Source of the DNA: Phoronis australis | Taxonomy: Eukaryota; Animalia; Phoronida | Direction: 5' to 3' | Assembly: GCA_002633005.1 (NCBI GenBank) | Contig: NMRA01000132.1 | Coordinates: 620,001 to 684,000 of the forward strand | Length of the DNA: 64,000 bases | Shown: positions 25,401 through 38,342 of the stretch, one piece after another | Numbering within the stretch: position 1 is the first letter of the stretch | How the letters are laid out: the number at the start of each line of letters is the position of its first letter | Translations under genes and position numbers: made by a program | Notes under the pieces: generated by a model | What the model was told of the DNA's origin: nothing | The model's database searches: none | The model's input: only the letters and a program-made list of their open reading frames with translations

Positions 25401-28400
25401 ACGTTAGTGGCAATTCTACATTTTTGTGTTTGCCTTTGTAACTCCCAAGTCCCTTGGTGGAAGTTCATGAAACTTGACGCCTGCCCTTTTTCCATGGCTC
25501 TGGCATATCATTTTTTTGTAAATATGAGCCCGGCCCCAGAAATCGCTTTCGCAGTATATCCAGGTTCTCATTCACTCCCTTGCATAAATTCACTAGTAAG
25601 ACCAAGCTCAGAGGAATAGGACACACCTTTGTGCAATGCTCAAATGTCAGCCAGTGAAGCCAGGATTTGAACCCTTGTCACCCATGTGGAAGTCTGGAGC
25701 TCTAACCACTGAGCCACAATGTCTCCTCTGGCATATTGTGTGCCCCCTAGTGGCCATTTCAGTATTTTGCTTCTGTTTTTGGCATCTGTCTTTCTTTGTG
25801 GCAAGTGGTATGAAGGTTAATTTCCAAATTTATCACTGGTGTCTCTGTCAACTGAAACTTGATTGACGCTTTTGACTACTGCTATGTTTACCTTGTGGGA
25901 GTTTTAGTTTTTTGTATTTGCTTCAATATCTACCAATGTTGGCAGATAATAATTTATTTGGGATTGAACAGACCCTGCCAAGACAATTCAAACTTGTAAT
26001 GTGCCCTCTAGTGGCAAGATTTGTGCCAAATGGGTTACTTTTAATTGAGCATGAATGATGACTATCATGTGATGGATCTAACTGCTGTTGTGCCCTCTAC
26101 TTTCAGTTCTCTTTCCAGCAATGTCTACCAGCATTGCATTCACCGATTTTCGGACGATTAAAACTACATTACATAGACTCAATTTTAAAGTCGGTAGTGT
26201 TGCTCGCTCTGGTGGGTGGAAGTGTTTGAAAGTATGAGCATCCCCTATATCTTTGCCGTTTGTGATGCATACTGAAGGGACATATCAACGCTCTGTGTTA
26301 CTCCTGTTTGGAGGTAAAAGGTTGTGTATTTATTCCTAAAGGTGGCACTGAAGAATAAGCAGTTGTGTAATTATTCCTATAGGTGGCACTGGAGAATAAG
26401 CAGGGAATCTCAAACTTGGAGTTAATCTGTGAAGAGCTACTAGAGGAAGAGAGGGCCAAGGACAAAAAGAGGGAGCAGAAACGACAGAAGAAGAAGAAGA
26501 AAAAGAATAATATGAAGAATAATGTTGAGGAGGCATCTCAGAGCATCTGTATTGATGTGAGTACATGAACGTCTTAGACCATTTGTGTCATTGAGAGTAC
26601 ATGAACATCTGTGATGATGTGAACACATGAACGTCTGCGAGCAGCTGTACTTGAACGTTCAATGTTGCTTGTCTTATCTGAGGAATTGACAAAGACATAA
26701 ACTGCCAAATAATTGTATCGATGTCCTATTTTACCGCTTGTGTTGTTGTTTCTTCACTTCTATCATTGTAAATTTAGTTTTCTTGCTGTTTTTGGTTCTG
26801 AGATTTTTTTTGTTTGTACAGTAGCGTAAAGATTAGGTAACTGGGTGAATCTATACTGCCGGTACACCACTACAATGAGATGTCAAAATGTGACTTCTAA
26901 GTGTGAATGTATCCTTCCAACGTTTTTATTTGTAGTGTGGCAAAGAAACCTGCTGTGATAGCGTTGATAAAAAGTCATGTAGTCAACCTCTCGCACCATC
27001 TCCCAAGTGTACTCGTGCACCCTGCAGCCAAAACAGCGTCTCAAGTCCACGGCCGTTCGACTGTAACGACAACGTCAGTTTGACAGATCTAACGCTGTCG
27101 TGCGGTCGGTGTGATGGCTCACCGAAGCCGGGCCTTCTCCGACTCGGTGAGAAGGCCAGTCCAAGTGACTGCGGCTATTCTTCAGGTTTTGACGGCTGTG
27201 AGTCTTGTAGCATGCCTAGCTCCAACGGTTCGGATGTGCTGTGTTTGGACGCAGTGTGCAGTAACTGTGGTAAGTTGAAATATTGATCTGTAGGTGCAAG
27301 CCATAGGTATTTATAGATAACATTGCTGCCCATACATAACTAGTGTTCTCACCAGGATTAGAATTGATTGTGCCGGAAACAATTGCATACTGTCAACCAC
27401 AGTGTTCATATTTCCTGATAAGAAGACTGCCATGTTCCGGGGTTTTTTTGCAAATTTTTTGTGAATAGCTTATAGTTGAGTAATACTTTTCATGAATATG
27501 GCAAGACTGAGACTGCAAAGTGCACTAGATTGTAAAATGTGAAAGTGGTGGCTCAATAGTTTTCAGGTTGAGACTACTTAAAGCCACTGCACAATTATGA
27601 TTGATAAGATAATCAACCCAAAAATGAGCATGGTGGCTCAAACTTTGAGAGTGGGTACTCAAAATTCAACCGTGGTGGGTTCAAAAAGCCTGGTGTTAAT
27701 ACTGCGTTGTAAACAGACTGCCGGCTCCTGGCTCTTGTGTTCAGCATATTGGTATAGGAGAATTGTTGGATTCTGTCTTGTATGCAACTTTCAACTCTTT
27801 TTGGGTGATTTTCTTGCTGAAATATCCTCAAAAAATAACCTGTTGAGTTGAACCTACCAATAGCTCTCAAGTTTATCTCTGTTTTGTTTTCCAGGAAAAA
27901 TGTCTCATGTTTTTAATAGGTCACTTTAGAAAACCGTGGATAGAAGTCAATTGACAAATAGAGCCTCAACTAAACCATCTTACTGACAAGTTTTTTATTG
28001 TTCTGATCATATACACAGGCACTGGTTTTGATAAGCTATTGTGCCTGGTAACTTGTGTTCAAGTATAATGCCATTTGCTGTTAGTTAAATTAACCCATGA
28101 CCCCCGATACAAATTTAATGTGCCTGTTGGTCCAAGCTAGACAGTCGTCATGTGTCGTTTATTTTTTTATGCGCCGATGGCGAGGGATGATGTCCAAAGG
28201 GATCTGACTTGGAAACAAAATCTAGAGGTTTTTCTAAGTATTGCGTTGCTTATGTTCTTTCTCATGATGAATTAGGCACTCTGTGTGTAGATATAACAGT
28301 AATGCCTTTCTGTTCCTTGAGATTTCCTTGTGTCCTCTTAAAGTGAATAAAAGTCCAGCATCAGAATCTGTATGACGATGTTTATATACTGATGATGTCA

Positions 28401-31049
28401 TGACATTTGAGTATTCACTGTATTGGTGAGCTTGAAATTCAACTGATAGCTGTGTATGAACTCTTATAGAGTGCTTGGAGTCTAACCAACACGAGTGTTC
28501 AGGAGATGATACGTACAAAACCTCACCTAAACACTGTGCCCCACGAGTACTGGGTCTAGAAGCTATGCTTGAGGTAGGTTCAGACAGGTGTTTGTTACAC
28601 CTGTGGATCACATAGTGTTGGGTGAACAAAGAATGTAATTATGTAGGACTGTTGGCTGACGGTTGATATCGAAGTAGGTCACTATCAAACCTCTCTCAAG
28701 ACTCAACTCGAAAACTGACCACTCATATTGTGTGGAAGTTTACGTGAAACATTTTCATTCAATTTTGGACTTGAGTCTTTTGGTCATGGCCTGAAGTTTT
28801 AAATGTGAAAGTATACAGTACAAGTCAAGAGTATTCAGACAAAGTGACCAGGAATCCCTGGTCAGGACAGCTGGGTGGGAGCTGAATTCATCGTTACAGT
28901 AGTCATCTCTTAGGACCGAGAGCGAAGGGAAATTAATAGGAAAGTTAGTAAGGTACCTAAACCGTTCTATAGTCAGAATTTTGCCATCATAATAGTTGTT
29001 ACCAGTAATTTTTGTTGTTAAGAGAATTAGCCTTCACGTTGGGAAAACGATAGATTGTCCATTTTTTTTTTGTAAATTTAATGGGTATCTTGAATGTTGA
29101 GTCACTGCAGTTACAATCCAAGTTTAAAATAAAAAAACACTAAAAAAATCTCACTGTTATCATTTTGTGATGCAGTGTTACTATACTGATTGCGATCATC
29201 ACCTTCAAATGAGGCTGGTTAGCATGGGTATAGTAAAGATGCTTTTAGTACACAATAACTCCTGATACCAAATGCGGGATTGCACAGCGAGAGTCGATGC
29301 GTGTCCGCATACACTGAGTTACTATCAGTTAATTTGTGCCTGCACAGGTTTGCAATAAGTGCTTTGGGACTTTAACATAATAATGGCCATCTATAGTCAT
29401 ATTTTAACATAATAATGGCCGTCTACAGTCATTTTTGTAACATATTAATTTCCGTCTACAGTCATTTTTTAACATAATAATGTCCGTCTATAGTCATGTT
29501 TTAACATAATAATAGCCATCCAGAGTCATATTTTCGGTTTGTCACGATCTCTAGCCATCATGATCGAACAAGTCATGAACTTCTGTCAGGGATATCTGTG
29601 CCCAGTTGCATGAAACAGTCCCAAATAGAGTTTTGACTGAGTTCCCTAGTTCTTTTTCTATTTGTTTTGTTCTTTAGGCACAGATGTTATATTTTTTATC
29701 ATTTTTTTCTTTATTATTAGCTTTTCTTTGACTAGTGGCACTTTCTAATCATATAACTAAAAACTGATCCCTTAATTCAATCAAAATAATTAGGGACTTA
29801 GTCCTTAAATTAGGTGCGTTGCATGAAAAGATTTCAATGATATTGAGAATTTAACGTAGAGTTCACTCTCGATTTTTATCAAACCAAAAAATTGATTTAG
29901 TAGCAAGACTCAAACAGCATAAGACAGGATAATCGGCGTTTTCATAGGCCCACAAATACTGTGATTTTCCGTAGATAAGCCCATGTGCGTGTATTCGGAA
30001 AATAAAAATTTTCAGGGGTTTTAGTTGTACCAAATAAAGAGGCCCGGGCGTTTTTTCAGAAAAGGGGAGCGTGTAAACGGAAAGTCAAAGTTTTGCTGAT
30101 TTTGACGTCTTTTACTTAAAACTGTAGTTTTTAAATTTTATGTTAATAAAAGCATAGTTCACCAACACCTTGTTCACTTTTATAAATGATAAATGCTCCA
30201 CAAATCTGAATTTGTGACAAATAAGTTGACGCTGAGTGGGCTTTTCTGAATAAACGCCTCACTATCTGGACACTTGACACCAGAAGTTGTAACACAAAAT
30301 AAATGCCCTTGGGTGTTTATTCGGCATAATTGTCCAAATGAAGACCCATTGGCATTTCATCAGGTGGGTTTATCTACTGAAAATTCGTGTATGCAGTTCA
30401 GTCCCTATTTGGGACTGTTCACGCAACCAAGCACCGACCTCCAAGTCATACATGTATGTTGCTTAGTTCAATTGAAGCCGTATGCGCGTGTGCCAAATGC
30501 GGAAACTGGCGTGACATCGAGTATACAGTAGCCTCTTTGTCTTTTTTAATGAAATGTATCATTGATCAAGATAATGGACCAAATGGATGTAGGTGACAAA
30601 CAACTTCATCATCCGTTTTTTCGTACATGCAAGCCACCAACTCCCGCCCTTCGCTGCTAATGGGCCAAGGAAAACACCAGTTACCATATTTATTTTAATC
30701 AGCGCAAACCTGATTATTTTGAAAGTAAGCTGTAAAAATAACATGTTAATATTGAAAATGCATGTAGTAGTCTTTGGCAGGAGTTCACAAACATTTTCAA
30801 GTCTGGTCTGCACGCCACCTGTTGGCCACATCACACCGGTTCAAGGTTTATATATTTCTGCAGGAGTCTTGTGCGGCAGATGAAGATTCCATATCAGAGG
30901 AAGACATTCGCTATTTTAAAGCAAACAGGGCAATGGTGACGTCCAAACGGCAGGAACTGAGAGAAAGGTTGCGCCAACGCTTCAGTAACTTAACGCAACG
31001 AACCATGAAACCGTCGTGTAGTTGTGACGGGGCAGGACATCACCACTGA
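16442..31049 (+). CDS. GGNBP2: Gametogenetin-binding protein 2, ~600 aa, 12 coding exons: 16442-16528, 18884-19074, 19871-20014, 20449-20547, 22653-22763, 23490-23593, 24072-24171, 24745-24913, 26383-26556, 26936-27269, 28470-28573, 30864-31049
   Basis: Peptides MAKLVAVCR..PFERRQ, LSQLVPCVGCRKSVE, LFYVHGSKLND, KKNKRCPLHSLETHK, YLRKHRFCTECK, RERHAKTLDVAQEEVLTC and ISEEDIRYFKAN match GGNBP2. All introns are GT-AG with consistent phases; total 1803 nt. Confidence 0.95.
20675..22032. mobile_element. Non-autonomous Tc1/mariner-superfamily (Tc2/pogo-like) element
   Basis: ta|CCGTATTCGCCGTAATAAC ... GTTATTACGGCGAATACGG|ta: perfect 19-bp TIR and TA TSD; no transposase ORF. Confidence 0.9.
22959..23235. 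repeat. ~277-bp foldback (long inverted repeat) in GGNBP2 intron 5
   Basis: agatatcatggctga...gctgttttga / ~13-nt loop / tcaaaactgc...tcagccatgatatct; arms about 130 bp. Confidence 0.9.
23572..23796 (+). repeat. ~44-bp minisatellite (5 copies) starting inside GGNBP2 exon 6 and spanning its donor site
   Basis: Core tactgcccagccttatt(c/t)gaaggtaa repeated. Confidence 0.9.
25648..25727 (-). mobile_element. tRNA-derived SINE head
   Basis: Reverse complement ggagacattgTGGCTCAGTGGttagagc...GGTTCAAATCC has pol III A and B boxes but no complete cloverleaf. Confidence 0.65.
26321..26403 (+). repeat. 41-bp tandem duplication of the GGNBP2 exon 9 acceptor
   Basis: gttgtgtatttattcctaaaggtggcactgaagaataagca / gttgtgtaattattcctataggtggcactggagaataagca. 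Confidence 0.9.
29371..29533. repeat. 31-32-bp tandem repeat, 5 copies
   Basis: Unit ttaacataataatggccgtctacagtcat(a/t)tt. Confidence 0.9.
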
Positions 31050-32423
31050 AGAGCCGAGCAGTCTAGCTAGCTAGTGTAGAGAAAAACTACGGTCAATTTG
31101 CGTCAGTCGTTACTTTTATTTATTGCTAAAATGACTCGAGATAACTGGAATGAAACTTTGCTGTGTTTGAATATGAAACATTTAGTCAACTCCTTATCAG
31201 TGGAGTAAACTTGTTGACATTTTGTCTACACTAATTTGTTTGGAAGTTTGTGAACAGGTGATCTCCATATGTTATACTACCAAAGCTTGTCATCTCTGTT
31301 TCGTCTGTAGGCTGTAAAACGAACACCTTCTAACAGATCATTGTATTACAAGCAAGTTTGGTAAAATGCCAATGAAACTGTTGGGAGCTTGAATGTTTTG
31401 CCTGTGTTAAAAAGTGTTGACATTTGGCGCCGTAGTCTAATCTTTGTATTCGAAATCAAGCTCAAAATTGTTTTTAGCTTTTGTACTAACTCAAGATGTG
31501 TGTGCTTGAGTACATTATGGTCTGTGTGTATTGGTTTCGTGTCCAAGTTTGAACTTGGTGACCTGTATATTCGGGTTACAAACTCGAATAAAAACTCGAG
31601 ATTTTGAGTTAAACCGTGAAATTTTTAGTTCAAACTCGAACTTTTAGCCTCAGTGCTGTGGTCATCAAGTGCAAACTAGGATTATGTACTAGAGCACAGA
31701 ATAATAGACACTTATCTTGAGTTCGCACTAAAGTAGAGTAGAAAATGCCAAAAATAGTTTTGAGTATAAAAAGATTTGACTGCAGGCCCTGGTTTAGCTC
31801 CACCCAACTAAACAAGAGAGTAGTAGTTCGAGTGGAGGCCAACAACTGAACATTTGCATACTAACATTTCAACTTGTTTAAAACCTTCATTTTAATTCCC
31901 CCTCAATTTTGATATGCCAAAAATCACAACTGCAATGAAATTTGTTTTTGAGTAGAGGTTTTAGAATGTTTTAATTGCAATTTATGTTAGTACTTTTCAA
32001 TATTATTTGCTCATTAACTACATGAAGATGCACAGTAGAAGATCATGATGACTCACATGTATGTATGTTTGTCATCTCCGACTTGCACTAGGAGCTAGTA
32101 GGTCGGCATACCCTGCAATAAGTGCTTATTTACAACATTTTCAGGTTTTTGACATGATGAATAGGACGGCTACTAATCGGTAAGCATCATCTGATGTGCG
32201 TTTTGTAAAGCAGTTTGTATGGGCTGTGATAGTGGGATATATTAACTGTTATTACAACTTCATTACGTCCATTGTAATTCATACCGACGGTGAATTGGTG
32301 AGGTAGACATTCTCAAAGCATTTGTTTTGTGGAACCTGTGACTTTTACTTGTGGAATACTCCTCACGGTCGTATTCTTCTACTGTAACGTGTCCGTGGGC
32401 AACGTTTCAACTTTGTTCAACAT

Positions 32424-32500
32424 GGGAGGCAGTGTAGGCCTAGTGGGATAAGTGTCGGCTTCCTTTACTGGAGGTTGTGGATTCGAGTCCCCCGGGGCAC
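32424..32500 (+). mobile_element. tRNA-derived SINE head
   Basis: ggaggcagtgtAGGCCTAGTGGgataag...GGATTCGAGTCCcc: A and B boxes. Confidence 0.6.
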
Positions 32501-33972
32501 AACACAGTTGGACCCTTGAGTCAGGTCTCTAGCTCCTCGGCTTGATTTTAATTATAAAGCATGAAAATGGTTCCAGGTGATCGATGCAATGAGCCTACCT
32601 GAGCAGCCTGCACACATCTGGTGCAACGTGTAGCAGACGGTCTGCAATTATTTTTTATATTTGGTTCAGCATGGAGCTATTTGCTTAGTGGTATGATTTG
32701 AGAACAACGCTAAACTTTTGAACGCTCGCAATTCCCAGCTATCCCCCGAAATATGACCTGAATCAAGGGTCTAATCTCAAGGCTTGATGCTTAACCAAAT
32801 GCACCACAGTTTTGTAAGTTTATTCCCAAGACATGCCATGCTAGTGATCAATTTTCAAGTCAAGTTTTGAATACAGAGATTAGACACTGGCCCTGGTCTC
32901 TAGATTTTCAATACCAAGAACCATGTTCTCCTAAAAATTGTAAATCTTTTGAAAAGCTCCTCAAATAACGGTGCAGTGTGTATTGTCTTTGTGTTTAGCA
33001 GGTGCTCAAAGCATCAGACTTGAACTATGCACTTAGCTATAGTTGAAATGAGTTTGTGTTACCTTAAGGCATTCCATGGTGACCTCTGTAGTCCATTCTG
33101 AATACTAAACTATAGTTACATCTCCACAAGGGTAACACTGCTAATAAGATTCATTTGCTAATAGGGTTTGATGCTGCATTTTTGGAACCCTTTAAGGTTA
33201 TGTAGGACCCTTAAGAAATGTCCAGATTTGAATGACTTTGGAATGTCGTTTATCAGAAATGGCTGATCAGATTTATATGAAACTCTGAGATACTATGCAT
33301 TAAGCAATGTTCTCTAAAAGACTATGAGGAATTGTTTTAAGAGTGAGGAGTTACGAGAAATCTTAAGTCTCGTGACACAAAAATGAAATAATTCAGAAAA
33401 CTGTAACAGCCTTTTTGAGAACATTTAAATCAAACAAAATTTGGTCATGTCTTGATGCCATTGTTCTGCTGTGAATCTACCTGTACCTTATTTTTCCAAA
33501 ATTTTATTAAAAAGGTGTGTCTACTTGACCCAGTTAAAGACAGGGTAGTAGTAAGCCAGTAATGAAATTCTACCTGGCTTTCTACTTTCAGAAAAATATA
33601 ATTATACTTTTATTGAATTATAATCTTTTGTTTTGGTAGCTTTTTGACCAAATACACTTACTTGTCCATAAGGTCCAATATAACCTTTATTGGGAACAGT
33701 CAATTAATTGCCCTTATTTGTGCCCTGATTTTTTTTCTTTGACCACATAACTGGAGGGAGAGAAAATGCCTGTTTCGGGAATTTTTAATGCAACCGAATT
33801 TCAACTGTTTTGACTTTTGTTTTAAATTTTGTTTTGAAATTAGTCTCTGGCAGTTGTAGCTGAATGCTTAGGAGTTTGTTCTCTGAATTACACTGCTCTA
33901 GAACCATGTGTGCATACACAGGTAATGGATTTATTTTCGACATGCAATGAAATATTGATGTGATAATGGTGA

Positions 33973-33978
33973 AATAAA
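33973..33978 (+). terminator. Candidate GGNBP2 polyadenylation signal
   Basis: AATAAA followed by a GU-rich tract (ttgtgtgttttgt); would give a ~3-kb 3' UTR. Confidence 0.35.
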
Positions 33979-34325
33979 TGACCTTCTTAATATTTTGAGC
34001 TTGTGTGTTTTGTCCTCCTCAGATGTCAAAACCATTTTATTTTGAAAAGTGGTCTGGTCGCGTTATTAAAAAAGAAGCCACCTCGTATGTGAACAGTACA
34101 GTTTATGTCTTTAATTTAAAAACAAAAAGCTTTTGATTTAGTCATCATTTGCTTATAGGATTCCCTGAATGAAGGGAGTCTCTGTCTGGTGGACTAAAGT
34201 TTACTCTTGTTTTTTCCTATGACTGGTTTTGAAATCCACTACAGCTAGTTTGCAGCATTTTTCAAAGCATTGACTTTTTCAGTGTGCCATTTCAACAAGC
34301 TACCTCAGTAAATAATAAAGGCGTC

Positions 34326-34482
34326 CATGGGCGGATCCAGGATTTTGAGTTAGGGGGGCCAGGGCAGAGTATTAGCCAGGATTTTGCCCGTCAGACATTC
34401 GAACCCCCGAACTGCCCAATGGAATCTTGGAGAATTTTATGGGGGCCATGACCCTCTTGGCCCCCCTCTAAATCTGCCACTG
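34326..34482. mobile_element. 157-bp hAT-like MITE
   Basis: CATGGGCGGATCCAGG...CTAAATCTGCCACTG; aligns over its whole length with 54600-54756; flanks gcgtc/gtgtc. Confidence 0.8.
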
Positions 34483-35585
34483 GTGTCAACATTGCATTTT
34501 TGTTAATGAAATTAGTACCAAGAACAAATTTATTGATAAATTCTACCAGCGTTGACAGATTGTTTGTCCCAAAGGGAAGGAGCCAGGCTGTGCTCCAAAA
34601 GTCGACGATACGACGTGACTACACAAAAGTCGACAGCTTGTATTTATCTAAAATCTGTCCCTGAATTTAAAAATGTGAATTTTTTAGTTTCTCCTGGAAC
34701 ATCTCCCGCTTCATGTGTACGTAGACGATGTATGCTTCATTTTTTAAGAACTTGCGAGCCCCGAAGAAAAGTACAGGCAGCCCAAATAATTTTTCAACAC
34801 GGAATCCTGATCAGCCGGTCACTGAGACAGTATTAGGACGTGCTGCAGCTATGTGTCGTTCTCGAGGAATGTTTGATTTCACCGTGCATGCTCGTGGGAC
34901 AAATTTATAACTTTGACCAGCGTCCATGTACACTTCCTCAACGGTAAATTAGTCGAAGAAAGGCGATTAGGACCTACCCAAGCCATGCGATTATCGAAGG
35001 TGGATTTTGCAAAGCAAAAGTAGAACTCGTCTCTTCATTTTCAATAAATTTTTCCGCCACACTGTCACTGCCATTTTTGCTTTCGCGGTTTTTAGTACGG
35101 GTTATATTAGTTTACTCTTCTGAACGTTTATTAACGCGGCTGTAAATGTACTTAAAAATTAGTTTTAAACCACTTACCGCTACTGATAAATCCAGTACTC
35201 GCTTGTTCTTTACTCTGACGAGAGATCTCTGAGCCAGGGAAAGAACTGTCCGTTCGTCAATGTATTGTGTAAGATTAGGCTTTGTAGGTTGGCTCGTCAC
35301 GGCGCGTATGCGACACACATGGTCTCCACGGGCACGACCCGCGAGCTATCATCTCTTCCGTAGCCCGGAAGTCATTCCACATTTGAGTAAGAAACAATTT
35401 GAGATCGTGACAGAAAGTGGTCTAAATCATTTTTGACAGCTAAAGACGGGACTACCACATTGGGTTTTTTACCTCTTTTTTGTTCTGTTTGTTCCAACTC
35501 ATATAGAACAATCGGTGAGAATAGGATTGATGAAAGTGAGAAAGTCCATCCAGGAAACTGAAGCTTTGGAAAATCGGTACGCGTT

Positions 35586-37992
35586 AGGGAGAGTTCATTT
35601 ATTACGTCATCCAAAATTTCCCAATTTTTACACCCCACNTCTGTCATCACCCGTCATCATGATATAAACCCCCGTCGTACCTCTATAATTACGTTACCTG
35701 GAAATTCTGTCTTTATGATGCTAATGAGAAATTAATATCTTTTTATAACCCTAATTTGTATTTAGCGTTGTTTCATTCAACAATAAAATATATTACGCCG
35801 TTTCAACTATGAAACAGTCACTCTTTATTTCCATTTTAACTATACAAACGGTTCAGGCGTTCGACAGCATGTACCTATACAATTGTCATCAATATTATCA
35901 TTTTCTTTGCTTTCATCCGACCTTTCCAGACGAAGACCTTATGAAAATGATTTGCACCACTTGCCTGAGCACGACATACTCTGTAATTTTTAGAAGTCCT
36001 TTTAATAAGGACTGTTTTGCACATAGACGGTCTCATGAAGCCACGCACCCTTTAAGAGTTTCCCAAAAGAGCTGTTCACTTTCTAATGATTCCTAAAATA
36101 TTGAAAGAATAAAACCAATTTCTTTGGAAATTCTAAGTCATTCGTGGGCATGGATAACGATAGCTTCTCCTCCTACGACTGACGATATGTCATTTTCACC
36201 ACTCAAGTACATTTTATTTGCAGTCTGGCAATTTAAAAAAATGTTTTGACCCAACAGTGGGTGAAGTCGAATACGAAAAGTGGAACCAAATCCAGGACGT
36301 AACATTGAAATTTATTGTTGTTGACTAGTGATATTCAGTTGAACAAATTATGTACGTTTTTAAAAGTAAAATAATTAATATTTACATACCTCATACTTAC
36401 GCCAGTGAAGTGAGGATAAGGGTGAAATATTAATGTAAAAACTGAGTTTTGTATTCACTCAGGATTCGGTAATCTGGAGAGCGAAATTCGAGATTTAACG
36501 ATGAAACTCGAGGTATGGTATGAATGCAAGGAAAAACAATTCTGTTATATTTAAAGCATGAAAAAATCAAATTCCGTCGTAACACTGCGTATGCATATGC
36601 CTAACAACTAGCTCACAATGTTACCGACTGCAAAACACGATGACCACGCGTGTCGCTGGACCATGCGCTAACTTGTAATAAGCTTTGTCAATGAGTTGAT
36701 AGTCAGCGATAGGCTTAGGCAGGAATGGAGTGGGACTGTCGTTTGTGTGCACGTTTAAAGATAACTAAAATCTAGTGAAATATGAACAACTCTTGGAGGC
36801 GTGAAACGGCGGGTCTCGGTTCTAGGAATTAGTCAATTACGCTTCAAGATTCAACAATCTTCATTTAACGTCGTTCCAAGAAGAGATTAACATTGGCCTG
36901 TCGGAGTTGGGCTATTTCTACGACATTAAATTTAACAGAAACATGGAGTGTCAATAAAAGTTAAGTGGTCATAATTATTAGAGTCTAGACCCACAAAAAT
37001 AATGAGTATAAACGATAATAGGTAGACGTGTATGTACTACAATCTAGACAAATCACAACTGTACAGAAACGTGGAGTGTTTACAAAGAGAGCAGCTACAT
37101 TCGGAGCCGGTCCGGGTCCATATCAGTCTACGGAAAACAGTAGAAGACACTGGTGTCCGCATCTCGTTCGGTAGACTGTTACAGACCCGAGCGGCCTCGA
37201 AGCGAAAAGATTTTTTTACCGTATTTCACAGATTTAACTTGACGAATATCTAAAAGGTTGTTGTAGCGAAAGGAGTGAATGTTTTCTTGTTTCTTTATGT
37301 AAATGAACTGTCTTAGGTGATTCGTCACAGAGGAATTTAAATATTAATATTGCAATAAGTTGGAGTCTGTGTAGGTGAGGGATGGTTTGTTACCTAGTGA
37401 GAGTAATTCTTCGTGCGTGCCAGCGTCGTCGTTGTAGAGAGAACAGAGGGCTCTGAGTTGTAGTTTTTCTAGTTTAAGGGTATTTTTTGGAGCAAAAATA
37501 CCATGAGAGGGGACAGTAGTTGAAATTTGACAGGGCGAAGGAGTGAAAAATGGCAAATCTGTCGTTTATCCATTTCTTTTTAGAACATATATCGTGAGGC
37601 TTTTTTGCAAATGTCCGAAATATGGGAGTCAAAGGTTAGATGGCTATCGATGGCTATTCCCTAGGAGTGTAACTTTTAGTTCACAAGGTAATTGGCAGAG
37701 TGGAGACGGCTTTACAGAATGTGTTCATTTTTTACCTATGCAGATTGCTTGGAATTCAGGATTTGCTTGCATGCAATTGACAGCGAACCAGTTGATGAGT
37801 GATTCGCTATCTTGCCTCTTAGATTTTCAGTAACGCAGAGTGGGTTAACTGTTGCTTGAATGTGAACTCAGCGATAGGTACTGTACTGTGATGAAGATAT
37901 TCTAATAAACCATTCCATGACGTCACCACAAGTCTAATCCTCCCTCCCTAAGCTATCATAAATCGTCATCTTTCCAAACCCCCTCCCCCTCG
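35586..37992. mobile_element. Larger, decayed relative of the Harbinger-like MITE at 11972-12609 (opposite orientation)
   Basis: Left end gggagagttcatttattacgtcatccaaaattt resembles the 12.6-kb terminus; 37918-37992 (gacgtcacca..atcataaatcgtc..ccaaaccccctccccctc) matches the reverse complement of 12000-12064. Confidence 0.5.
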
Positions 37993-38342
37993 AGCCTCAC
38001 GTACCGGTTACACGTACATTGTAAATGACGTTTGAATGGACTCAACTACAATCGTTTAGGCCATTAACTTAAAGGTTAGTGAAAATCTAAAAAATGCAAA
38101 TTTAAACACGGATAAAAATGTTTGACCTAGGCCCACTTATACTGTCTTCTTCCCAACTCACGTACGGTGCCACTTGATTGCACCGTGTCACACTAAGACT
38201 ATAGGCATATGTCAATAAGGTTTTGGTTTCCCAAGGCCGAGCTGTTTCAAGATGAGGGTCTTGGATACAACATACAACATACCCTGGGGTTAGAAACTAA
38301 TTATAATGCATGACCGTTACTCATCTCTCCTCGGCATTGCCA

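Noticed and set aside
32424-32500. Possible tRNA genes (also 25648-25727, 63024-63111)
   Set aside because: A/B boxes are present but acceptor and anticodon stems do not close; better explained as SINE heads.
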